Source of the DNA: a virus
Length of the DNA: 58,682 nt
IMG/VR virus record: IMGVR_UViG_3300026178_000071
Direction: 5' to 3' (one strand)
Part shown: positions 25,828-37,000 of the stretch, piece after piece
How the letters are laid out: every line of letters begins with the position of its first letter
Numbering within the stretch: the first letter of the stretch is position 1
Made by a program: the position numbers and the translations under genes
The notes under the pieces: generated by a model
Database searches by the model: none
The model's input: only the letters and a program-made list of their open reading frames with translations
Told to the model about the DNA's origin: nothing

Positions 25828-27060
25828 CTAGTTGAAACCTAGGGTGTGCTTGGACACAGCGACCTTGCCAAGCATAAGCCGCTTCTGGATTGCGCCCACG
25901 CCTCCGTACCACCACCAGCCGTAGTACTTCATGCGTTTGAGCGTGTCGAGCGTGCCATCGGTGACGATGGGGACGCCATACTGACCGGCATCGGACGAGT
26001 ACACCCCGATGAGGGAGTTCTTGCCGATGAGCGGGATTGCGCCCACGTTGTAGGCTTCCACCACGCTCTCGCCAGCGGAGTGACCGAACCGCAGGCCGAA
26101 GGAGTCGTTGGACCCGTTGGCCCGAATGGTCAGGGTCGTGGAGTCCACGCCCGTGATGAGCACCTGTTCCAGATTCGCGCCGGGGTTGACGCTCTCAGTT
26201 TCCAGCGTGCCGATGGTGAGGTAATCACCCACGGAGAAGCCGGTCGCGGAGGTTACGACGATGCTCGTCGCGCCCTTGGCCGCGCTCGCGGCCAGGGTTG
26301 TAGCGGCCTGCACAGCCGCGCCGGAACCCAGGTACAGACGGCCCATGTTGGTCGGCACGAAGGTGATGCCCGCCAGCGTGAACGGCTTTTCCAGCGCGCC
26401 GTAGATGTTCATCTTGTCCTGGTAGTAGCCGATGTTCTTCCACTCGGTCAACTGCTTCAGGTCGTAGGCGAGCAGCGGGTGAATGAGGGCCAGGAAACCG
26501 GCGTCCTCGAACGGCTCGATGTCCATGCTGTACGCCTGGGCCGCAAGCTCCATCAGGAACGCATAGGTCACGGTGTCCGTGCCCGAAGCCGCGGTCAGGT
26601 CCGACATGGCGGTAGAACCGTCGATGTGGAGGGTCTGCGTCGGGTAGGACGCCCCCCGGCCACACGCTGACCGGCGCAAGATGCGGTCGATAGACTTGAC
26701 GCGGTTCATGGCGACCAGCTTGCCCATGAGTTCGTCAAGGTTGGTCCGGCTCTGCAACCGGCTCTTCTTGGAAATGGCGAACGTCTTGCCGTACTCATCC
26801 GGCGAGACAGTCACGTTACCGTCCGAAATGGTATCGGGAGTAACGTCCGCGTCCTCAGTCAGTGTATCTTCCACCAAATCCTGTTCGCTATAAACAGGGA
26901 AGTCGATGGTCGAACCGTTGCCGCCATTGGGGGAGATGGGCGGTTCCCAGTTAACGAACTGCGCCCACACGCCCGGATTGTCGGCAGACGTGAGGTAGTA
27001 CTTCTTCTCGTATTTGGTGCCAACGCTGTTAGTCAGGTCGGCGGCCTTCGTGATACCCAT
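25828..27060 (-). CDS. Major capsid protein (410 aa)
   Basis: The call rests on position after the scaffold, size, AGGAG SD and a hairpin after the stop. The sequence is consistent with an HK97-fold capsid carrying an inserted domain (ATSIVVTSATGFSVGDYLTIGTLE...). Confidence 0.7.
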   Translation of the reverse strand: MGITKAADLTNSVGTKYEKKYYLTSADNPGVWAQFVNWEPPISPNGGNGSTIDFPVYSEQDLVEDTLTEDADVTPDTISDGNVTVSPDEYGKTFAISKKSRLQSRTNLDELMGKLVAMNRVKSIDRILRRSACGRGASYPTQTLHIDGSTAMSDLTAASGTDTVTYAFLMELAAQAYSMDIEPFEDAGFLALIHPLLAYDLKQLTEWKNIGYYQDKMNIYGALEKPFTLAGITFVPTNMGRLYLGSGAAVQAATTLAASAAKGATSIVVTSATGFSVGDYLTIGTLETESVNPGANLEQVLITGVDSTTLTIRANGSNDSFGLRFGHSAGESVVEAYNVGAIPLIGKNSLIGVYSSDAGQYGVPIVTDGTLDTLKRMKYYGWWWYGGVGAIQKRLMLGKVAVSKHTLGFN

Positions 27061-27097
27061 AGTAATTACTCCTGCCTCATGCGGCAGGGTCGCTTAC

Positions 27098-27880
27098 CTA
27101 GCGATTACCCCACCGCTTGCTGAACTCCTTGGCAGGCATCTTCCCCGATTGAAGCAGGGCAAGATCACGCTGCCACGATGCGCCAGCGTTGACAGGGGTA
27201 GCGGGCGATGCTGTATCGACCGTGTTCATACCAGCGCCCTGTAGGGCCTTGGCAACCTTCTCCGCTACCATCTTCTCGATGGAGGCAGGGTCGGCGGCGC
27301 GCTTGTATGTTTCGAGTTCGCCTTGCAGCTTCGCGGCCTTCTTCGTAGCCAGATCACGTTCAAATTGCGCTGCGCCGGTCGCTCCGCTGTAGGAGCGGGG
27401 GTCGAAGTCTGCAATGCTCAACCCCTCCTCAGTGACACGTTGACGCACATGGGCGTCCCACTTCTGCCACGCGGAGAATGACTCGGCTGCTTGCAAGTCG
27501 GCAAGCTGACGCACGTAACGGCGCTGTTCGTCGGGGTCGGAGGAATCTTCAATCGCTTGCTCTAGGGCTTTGCGTTGGGCTTCCTGTGCCTCACGCTCGC
27601 GCTGTTCCATCTGCGCCTGCAATCGCTCGCGCTCCTTGCGCTCTGCGGCGAGTTGCGTGTCCATCTTCGATTTCCAAGCCTGGAAGTCCGGCAACTCGTC
27701 CAGGTTGACGCGCTTAGGCGGCGCGCTCTGGCTTCGTTCGACGGGTTCCTTCCTGCTTGTCGCTGCTTCTGACTCCTCGGTTGCCAGATCATCAGGGGCC
27801 TCGATCTCGGTCGTAGTCCCATCCGGTTCTAGCTCCTCGGCGTCAGAACCATCAACTGCCCGGTACAGTTCGTCTACCAT
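27098..27880 (-). CDS. Scaffolding protein
   Basis: Acidic, coiled-coil-rich (ERKERERLQAQMEQREREAQEAQRKALEQ) and immediately upstream of the capsid gene. ATG 27880 follows TAGGAG. Confidence 0.55.
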   Translation of the reverse strand: MVDELYRAVDGSDAEELEPDGTTTEIEAPDDLATEESEAATSRKEPVERSQSAPPKRVNLDELPDFQAWKSKMDTQLAAERKERERLQAQMEQREREAQEAQRKALEQAIEDSSDPDEQRRYVRQLADLQAAESFSAWQKWDAHVRQRVTEEGLSIADFDPRSYSGATGAAQFERDLATKKAAKLQGELETYKRAADPASIEKMVAEKVAKALQGAGMNTVDTASPATPVNAGASWQRDLALLQSGKMPAKEFSKRWGNR

Positions 27881-27952
27881 TCGTGCTACTCCTATCCGTT
27901 CTGGTAATGTGCGGCCCTTATGCGGGCTTACATGCACACTCTACAGGGGGGG

Positions 27953-27974
27953 TGTTGCAGCAATTACACCCAAA
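27953..27974 (-). promoter_or_regulatory. 22-nt motif tgttgcagcaattacacccaaa, copy 1 of 2 (exact copy at 49252-49273)
   Basis: It lies between the terminator of the giant gene and the scaffold gene. The minus-strand reading is TTTGGGTGTAATTGCTGCAACA, followed 14 nt after TTGCTG by TAGAGT. Confidence 0.4.
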
Positions 27975-27983
27975 ATGATTTTG

Positions 27984-28020
27984 CTAAAAACAGAAACCCC
28001 AGGCTATGACACCTGGGGTT
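27984..28020 (-). terminator. Intrinsic terminator after the giant gene
   Basis: 9-bp stem aaccccagg/cctggggtt (27995-28003 / 28012-28020) followed on the minus strand by TTTCTGTTTTT. Confidence 0.6.
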
Positions 28021-28046
28021 CCTGCGGAGGGGAGGGAATGAAGCTA

Positions 28047-31000
28047 TCAGCGCGGCGGCACGGGCGGCGGAGTTGGTATCGCCCCGTAGTCCGTTGGCGG
28101 CGCGGCGCTCGGCGGCACGGGTGGCACGTTCGGCGCGTTGCCGGGTATGCTCGCCAGCAGCGCCGTGTAGTCGGTCTTGACGCCTGTCTGCTTCATCAGC
28201 CACAACAGGTACTTCAACAGGCGCGCCCAAGCCTGCGGGTTCTTGGCAATCCAGGCCGCGCGTTCCTCTGCCGACATGCCGTAGTACTGGTCAGCCAGCG
28301 CCATTGTGTCGGTCCCGAACAGCAAGCCCACGAACGTATCAAAGGCCGGGTCGTCGGTGCGTTCTTCCTGCACCATCCGGCTCAGGTCGGCGGCGGTCCA
28401 CGTCTCGTAGGCGGGCGGTTCGGTCGGCGTGCTCGGTGCGTCCGGCGTAGGTGTGCTTGGCGTACCGTAAGAGCGCCCACCACCGCCATAGCTGCGCCCA
28501 CCGTAGCTTGACTTGCGCGGCGGGTAGAGGGGCACGTAGCGCCCGGTGCTCCCGGTCCTGGTGTCGCCGTAGATGAAGTCATAGTATGCGGACACCTGCG
28601 CCCACTTCTCAGGGTTGGCTTCCCGCCACTTCTTACGGGCGTCCCCCTCCTTGGGGATGCTGCTGTACTCGTCGGCCCACCCTGCGACCTGCGTCCCGAA
28701 CTGCTTCTCGGCAGCGTCATACTTGGCGGAGAGTTCGGATTGTGTGGCCGTGGTCTCCTTGCCCGTCGCCGGGGAGTACTTCTGGTAGGTTGCGCTTGTG
28801 GCCTTGGTGTTGCGGCTGGCCTCCCACCCCGCCTTTAGCCACGGGTATTTGGCAAGCACAGCCTTCTTGTCTGCGCCCTCGGCGTAGTACGCGGCGTTGG
28901 CCTCCCAATATTCCTCGATGGTGTGCCCCGTGGCCTTCTCGATTGCGCTGTATATGGCCTGCTGCTCGACCTTGTACTGCTCGTACTCGGCCTTCTGCGT
29001 CGGTGACGGCACGCCAACCGTTGCGGCCAGCTTCTCTATCGCGGCCTGGAACGCCTTGACCTCGTATGACTTCCACTTGGACAGGTCGCCCTTGTCAGCG
29101 TAGAACCGGCTCATCATTTCCTCGGTCAACCCGGCCTCGGCAAGCGCGGTCTTGCGCTGCGCGCCAGGTGGTAGCCGGTCCAGCACGGAGTAGCCGTAGT
29201 CCTTCAACCGCTCAGCCGGGTCGGTCTCCCGCGCCATACTCACAGCCTTCTTGAATGGGTACTTTTTCTCGAACTCATCGAGCATCTTGCGCCAAGCGGC
29301 TTCGCTCGCGCCCTTGTCACGGGCGTCCCATATCTCGCCCCATTCCTTGTTCATGCGGTCGATCTCGATGTCGCTCATATCGCGGGCCTTGAAGCCAGCA
29401 CCTAACAGGTAGGAACCCAGGTTCCCAGGTGCCCGCTTGACGGCCTCCGCTTGCCGTGCCATGTCCCAGGCTTCCCCGCTCTGCTTGTAAGCGGCGTCCT
29501 GGAACTGTTCCTCAGTGATCTCGCCCGACTTCCACAGCGTGTACAGCGCATACCCGATACGGCGGCGCTCCCAGGTGTCCCCACCCTTGACGTTCTGGAG
29601 GAACAACTGCTCCGGCGTGAAGCCACCCGCGGGAATGACACCCTGCAAGCCGGGGACCGCTTCCCGTGCCAGCGCGGTCGCACCCTTCAGTGCGCGCGAC
29701 CACGGGAACAGGTAGCCCACCCACTCGTCAGAGGCTTCCCGGTAGCCCTGGCTCGACAGCCACGCAGCGTAGGCCCAGGTGATGAGCGGGTGGAGGCTCG
29801 GTCCCCAATTGCCAATCTCCGTCATGGCCTTGCCGCCCGGTGCTTCATTTCTGGTACGGGTCTCGAAGTCGTTGAGCAAGGCTTGCAACGGCATGAGCGT
29901 GCGTTCCAGGTCGAAGTACAGTTGCGTATCGGCAAACGGGACTCTGATCTGATCTTCCCAATACTCCGGCATCTCGGCGTCCTGGTCGTCCATGACGGCT
30001 TTGTAGTACTCCCGGTTGGTCTTGGCAAGCGCCGTCTTGTACCGGGCGTAGTTGCTCACCCAGGACGGATTAGTAGCCAACCGCTGCGCCCAATTCGGGT
30101 AGGTGAACGTGTACCAGTAGGACCACGGCATGATGTAGGCCAGCCACTCGTTTATCATGCGCTTGTCGGCGTAGTCGCCCAGGGCAAAGTTACGCATTTG
30201 CGTAGCAAGGTTGGCGACGGTGGCCTTGTCCCGCACCATGTTCGGAATGATCTTCTTGTTCGCAAGCTCGCGCAGTATGCGGGCTTGGTCGGGTGTGATG
30301 GGTGGCAGCGGGTCAGGCGCGCCGGTCAGTTGGCTCCGCATCTTGGCCCATACGGGTTGCATGGCTCCCGCCGATGCGATGCGTGCGCCGTTCGTGCTCA
30401 TGGCGCTGCGCCCAAAGATGCGGTTGAGTAGCTCTTGCGCCTCCGGCGTGCCGGGTGCGGTAATACCTACGCCCGCGCCTCCGCCCGTGAAGTCAAGCAC
30501 GTCGCCGCCTTTGGTCTCATACGTGCTGATCGGGAACCGCTCAACGAACGCATTGACCTTTTCTTCCGGCACGAACCAGAACGAACCGCGCGGGCTGAAC
30601 TCGGCCCCGGCCTCCATGAGCGGAACCTTGTGGGACATCTTTGCCCCGTCTACCGCGATCATGCCGTCCTGCCGCATACGAAGCATATACTCTGCTCCGC
30701 CACTACCTGATAGCATGACACGATCTCCGGCCCGCAAGTCCTCCATCAGCGTTGCTAGAGAGTGTTGCCGTTGGGCGTTCTTGCCGAACGCCCTGGCTAC
30801 CTCTTGGATATTACCGGGTCTAATTACCAACCCTGAGACATAGCGACCGCTCGCAACGTCGCGCATGTTCATGTATCGTAGGCGCAATGTCTCAAGCGCG
30901 TCGCCGGTCATGCTTTGCACAACCCGCTTGATGCGTGATGCCTCGCCGGTCGGTGTCAGCTTGATAACACCTTCAAGAATACCCATCTTCTCGTTGGCTT

Positions 31001-34000
31001 GATTGCGGACCTCGTGCAACGTCAGGTCCGGCAGTAGTTCCGTAGAGCGGAGTACCTCGCCGCGCAGCCGGGCAGTTCGGGCGGCACGCGCTTCGGCGGC
31101 TCCCGCTGCGATTTCGTCATACGCTTCTACGAAAATATCCTCGACCCGCTTGGCCTGTGCAAGCGGCATGAGTTGCAACTCCATCAGCAAGTTGTTGACT
31201 ACCGCACCTTCGAGCGGCTGCTGGCGGGGCACCCGGCCCCCACCGTGCGGTAACTGTTCCATGAAGGCCGAACCCAGGAACTCTGACTTAAGATCGTCCG
31301 GCAGGTTGAACCATGTTTGTTCCATTGCGGCCCGACCGATGCCGCCGAATATCTCGAACACGTCCAGTTCAGAGGCTCCGGCAGAACCGGCTTGCCCCTT
31401 CGCCAGCGCGCCAAGGGCTTGCATACGGTTGGCAATGGCCGCAATGAACTTGCGCTCTCCGGCGCTGCCTGTATGCAGCATGTCAACCACGGGCGACGAG
31501 CGTTGCCCTGAGCGGTCCACCCGGCCAAGCGTCTGCTTGAACATATCGGCTCGCCACTGGTAGTCTGCCATGATGAGCCTGCGACGGCCCGAACCAATGT
31601 CGTGCAAGTTGATACCCGTGGTCCCGGCCTGCGAGATAACCATGACATTGCGGCGTCCCTGCTGGAAGTCGTTCATCATCAGCTCGCGCTTCGATGCGCT
31701 GACCTTGCCGATGACAAAGCCTACGTTCTGCTTGCCGAACCGTTCTTCTATCGTGGCGATAGGGTCGCGCAATTCCGGCAGTTCCTCGATTCTTTCCCGC
31801 AAGATCGTGATTTCTTCCAGGGCTTCAGGAATCGCCTGCGGCTGTGAGAATGTGCCGTTGGGTAGTTCGTCAATGGCCCAGGTGTTGACGGTGTTCAGCG
31901 CGGACGCCAAACCGCCCCGCCCAACCTCCTGCGGATTGACGGACTCGGTGTAGATGACAACCTGCTCGCCCCGTTCGAGTGCTTGTTCTGCCTCATCGAG
32001 AACTGTATCAAGACGGAAGTCGAACATGCGGCGCTTGTACTCAGCTTGCAGGCGTGCCCGCGGCCCGAACGTGTTGCCACTCTGCTTGTTGGCTCCCTTG
32101 TACTTGCGCCATGCTAATTCAACGTCGCGCATCAGGCCGATAACCTTGTCCATCTCATCGGCCTGCGCCTGAGTGAGTGGGTTCTCCTTGATGTTGAACT
32201 CCACGCCACCGCGCCACAAGTCCCGGCTGATGTACTTGCCCTTGCGCTTTAGCTCACGCATGAGTTGTTCCATCTCCGCCATTGTCATTGACGTGCGGAA
32301 GATATCCTTGTTGCCGCGGCGCTGCCTGCGGTTGGCGTTGAGGCGGGCAATCTCGGTCGAGTCGCTGGAAGCGTAAGCGGCGGCTGCGGCGTCAATGTCC
32401 GTGGCCGCGTGCTTTGCATCGTCGGCGTCCCGGCCCTGGATACGGTTGATGAAGTCGTCCCACCCGGCATCGTCCATCGCCCATTCACGGAGACCGTACA
32501 GGTATTTGAGGTCGTCGGGGTCGGTCGCGGGCGTAGCGGTGAAGTAGCCCAAGCGTGCGCCCTTACTCATCATGTGGGCGTGCATATCACGCCATGCCTT
32601 GCCCACGTTCGCGCCGTCCACGTTCTTGTACTCGTGGGCCTCGTCAGCGAACCACGTATCAAAGCCGACCTGCTTCATCGAGTCAAGGTAACTGTTGAAG
32701 TTGTACTTGTCGATGATGTAAATGCCCTTGTCGAACAACGGCAGGGGTTCTCCGGCCTTGGCCCCCTTGAAGTCGGTGATGCGAACGAAGTTGTATTCGC
32801 CCGCCAGATCACCAGCAACAAGCCTGATCTCGTTCATCAGGCCCGTCACGTTGTTGTCGTTCATCGTGGAGAGCAGGATACGGTTGGCCTTGCCCTTGGC
32901 AAACAGGTCCACCACCGCGCCCGCAATCTCCCGGCTCTTACCTACGCCAACATCGTCAGCGACCAGGATTGCATGACCGGCTTCGTTCGCCTGTCCGATA
33001 GCGCGGACCACATCGTATTGCTCGTCAGAGATGTCGCCGCGCCGTAGAATGTCATCTATGGCCGGGTGTGGCTGATAGGTGAGTTCGGGGTATGGCGCGC
33101 CCGCAAGCGTCTGCGTTTCTACAACGAGTCGGGGGTGGGGAGAAACCCTTTGTCCGCTGCGGCTTTGATAAATAGTAAAGTGTTCACTATGGCTTGCTGC
33201 CTCGGTCTGTTCGGCAAGCTCGCGCTGGATGCGGGCGGTAAGCTCGGCGTCTGACTCGGCGGCAATGGCGCGCTTGGCTGCGGCAGGGACGGACCCTCCG
33301 CCTGAAGCGGGCTTGGGCTGCTTGGCAGGTATCGCCCCTGGCGCTCCTGCACTTCCAGCTTTTCCGTCACCAGCTTTTCCAGCCACTCCCGGCGTTGGGT
33401 TAGGGTCAGCGTCTCGCCCGTCAACGGGTGTTCGAGCGGGAACCACTCCGGTAGCAGCGTCACCGGGTCGATCTCCCCGATCTCCCACGGCTCCTGTTGT
33501 TCCGCCCACCCCCCCTCTGGTGGAGGTAGGTCGTCCAGGTCGAGACCCCTGAGCATTTCCAGTAGGTTGAACATTCTTGACCTCACTTATAGGTTGTACG
33601 GCTTGCGGTCGCGGTTCGATGCGCTCGATCAGCGTAGCAAGCTCGTCCCAATTTTTCGGTTGCTCCCCTCCAATGGCAGAGATGAACTTACCACCCGGCC
33701 ACTTGCCACGATCTACCACCAGTATCACGCTCTCAACGTTCGTGCCACGTTGCAAGTATGCTTTCGGTGGTGATTGAATTATAGCACGAACGGTGTGCTT
33801 TTGGTTCAACCAATCTAAAAAGCCGGTCGATTCAAGCATGGTCGTTGGCATCAGCGCAACCATGCGCCCGCCGTCCGGCAGCGTCTTGATGACCTGGGCG
33901 AAGTGGCGTTCTGCCACGTCAACCGGAATGAACTCGCCCGCAATCGCCGTGCCGTATTTCCCCGTGGAATACTTGCCCCACGGGGGATTGAGGATTGCTA

Positions 34001-37000
34001 CGTCTGCCCTGACACCGTTGACGGCCAGCATCAGCGAGTCGCCTTCGAGCACTTCATCAAAGCCCATCTTGCGCAGCACCGCCGCGCGGCGCTTGGATAG
34101 CTCGTTGACAACGACTTTCTTGACCCTGCCGCGCAGTTCTGCCACCAGTCCGCCCGTGCCCCCGTTGGGTTCGAGCGCAATGTCAGTCTTGCGCAGGTTG
34201 GCCGCGTAGTCCATCGCCACGCCCAAGGGGTAGGGCGTGGAGAACTGCTGTAGCTCGGTGATTGCCACACCGCGCGACCGGCGAATAAGGTTGTTCTCCC
34301 AATCTGCGGACAGGGCGATATGCTTGCGCACGTTCCCGCGCACGTCCCGCGCAGCCTTGGTAAGTCGATCAACCGTGACCGCTTCGAGCACATCGTATAG
34401 CTCGTCAATGTCGGCTTCGTTGTAGGCCGACCAACCGGGGACGAGTTGCGCCGCCTGCTTGTACAGTTCCTCCCGGTCCTTCGGGAACGTGCCTTCGATG
34501 TGTAGCTTGTTGAGACCGCTGTATAGCAAGTCAACGCGCTCGTCCATGTCCTCGACGCGCGGCAGGTCTGATGCAATCCGCTCCGGCTTGTGCGGCTTGA
34601 TCTCGGCGTCCCACCACTCTTGCAGGTTGGCATAGCCCTTCTTTTGCAAGTCACGCTTGATGCGGTCGTAGTCGAACGGTTGCCCCAACGTCTTGCCATC
34701 GACATAGTAGGGGTTGTCTTTGTACAGTAGCTCGGACTCCCACCAGCCGCGGAACGTGGGTTGTTCGCCCTGTAGCGCCAGCTTGCGGAGCGCGTCCAGT
34801 CTGTCCGGCTCGGTCTCGGAAATCAGTGTCAGGTTAGAAGCGTGAACCTTCATGCGGTTGCCGCTTCGTAGTTCAATCACGGCATAGCCGGTTGCCGTGT
34901 CGTGGTTGATGACGGTTACTTCGGTCCCTTGGAACATCGCCACGTTGCCCCGCTCGAACTTCGGTTGGGCAGCGCGCGGTGGCGGTGCGGCTTGGCTCAG
35001 GTCCGGCTTGGGTGCGGCCTGATACTCGCCGTGGTACAGGATAACCGGGGTGTCCCGGTCGGGGAAACGAACGGTGATAATGTCGTCGTTGACGGTGAGA
35101 ACTTCACCGATCTGTGGCGGCTTGCCGTACGCGGTGTACACGATCTGTTCGCCAGCCGTAGCCCGGTAGGTTTGCGGCGCTACTGGTTCGGGACCGGCAG
35201 CGGGTTCCGGCTCCGGCATACGCTGCGGCTCTGGCCTGGGCGGAGTCTGCAACGTGGTAGCCGGAGGCGTCGTTACAACCTCGTCTACTTCGCCCGCCAA
35301 CTCACGGGCCAGCTTCAACGTCCTGCTGTTCTCCGTGGCATACCACATCTTTTGGAACTTGCTCCACCGGAACCCCGCGCCCTTCACCCGGCTAAGCGTG
35401 GCATCGTCGGGCTTACCCTTGAAGTGGAGTTCGATACCATCACCGCGCGGGCCGGTCCCGGTCTTGTAGGTCGTTCCGGTCACTGACGTAGCGGCGGGTG
35501 CGGTTGGGCCTGCGGCTTGCGGTTCGACCTTGGGCGCGGCGGGGCGTTTGGTCTTGGCGTAGCCCTCGACTTTCATCGCTTCGTCAGGGTATTCCTTGGC
35601 CCACTCATCGAATACCTTGCGCTTCTCAGCAGCCTTTTGCCTGTTGTAAACCGCGCTGCGCTTGTGCTCCCTGATCTTCTCCGGCTTCTTCGCACGGCTT
35701 GCCATCAGGTCGGAGTTCCTGCCGCTTTGTAGACTAATCTCGTAACTTCGCCAAAGGTCATCGGGTCTCATTGGCAGGTTCATGTATACCGGGTCGGGTA
35801 TGAAGTCCGGCGCTTCGCCAACTTCGCGGGTGATTTCTTCTCCACCCTGGTAAACAAGGTGCCCCTGGTCAGTCTTGACGGTGTAGGAGTAATGAACTTC
35901 CTTGCCACCAAACCCGCCCCAACCTTGCATTGTGACCGAACTAACATGGTCAATAGTGCCGTGCTCGCCGTCACGGGTGATAACCCGCTCGCCCTCCTTG
36001 AATATCTCCGGCTCCTTTGCTGCCTCCGGCGCAACTTGCTGCGCTGCCTCCGGCGCAGCCTTGGGTGCTGGCTCAACCCAACCCTTCGGCACGTCATGCA
36101 TGTCGGCCAGTTCGTCGGGCAGCAACCAATCCCGGTTCATCCATGAGTGATGATTTACTTCAAGCTCGATGCCTGAGCGGGTCGGAACCATACGCACGGG
36201 TTCAGACAGGCGCATACCGTTGCGCACGATGGACCTGACGCCCCGTTCGTCCTCGTAGATATTCAACCCGTCCTTGTTCGTGCCAATCACACTGTAGGTC
36301 TGTTCCTTCTCGGCCTTGGGCTTCGGCTTGGGTTCGGCCTTGGGTGTAGGGGCGGCGGGAGGTTCCGGCGCGGCGGTCGGTGCGGTGCGGGATAGCCCAT
36401 TCTCCTTGTACTTGGCGTCAAGGAACGTTTCCCAAGTCCTGTCATCGACTTCGCCTTGGTCGCGCAACCGGGCCAGCTTGCCAATGTCCTCCAAGTCACC
36501 GCGCCGGGTGATCTCAGGGGCAATCTGCTGCCCGCGCTCTATGTCGGTCCTGATCTGCTCGGCTTCGGCGTTCCACTCGGCGCGCTCTCGCTCGTACTGC
36601 TCGGCCTTGCGCCGGTACTCGGCGTCCTCCGGCGTCTCAACGCGCGGCGCTTCCGGTTCAACGCGCGGGGCTTCTGGCGCTGCGGGTGCCTTCGGCGTAG
36701 GTGCGTAGCTCGGCGGCATACGACCCGGCTCGTTCTCCCACGTCACGGCGGGAGACTCATACGGGCGGCGCGGGGTTGGCGCTGCTGGCGCAGGGGCGGC
36801 GGTCGGCGGCAAGACCTCTACGGGTGCCCATTCCGCAAGCGGTAGAACTCGACCATCATCAAGCTCGTAACGCATTGCACCGGGAGCGTAGCCCTCGCCT
36901 GCCGGACCATTGACAACACCCTCCTGGGCGGCATAACGAATCCGCGTACCCTGGGGCACGTCCTTGGCCCATGTCTTTCCTGGCGGTGCTACGCGCTGCG

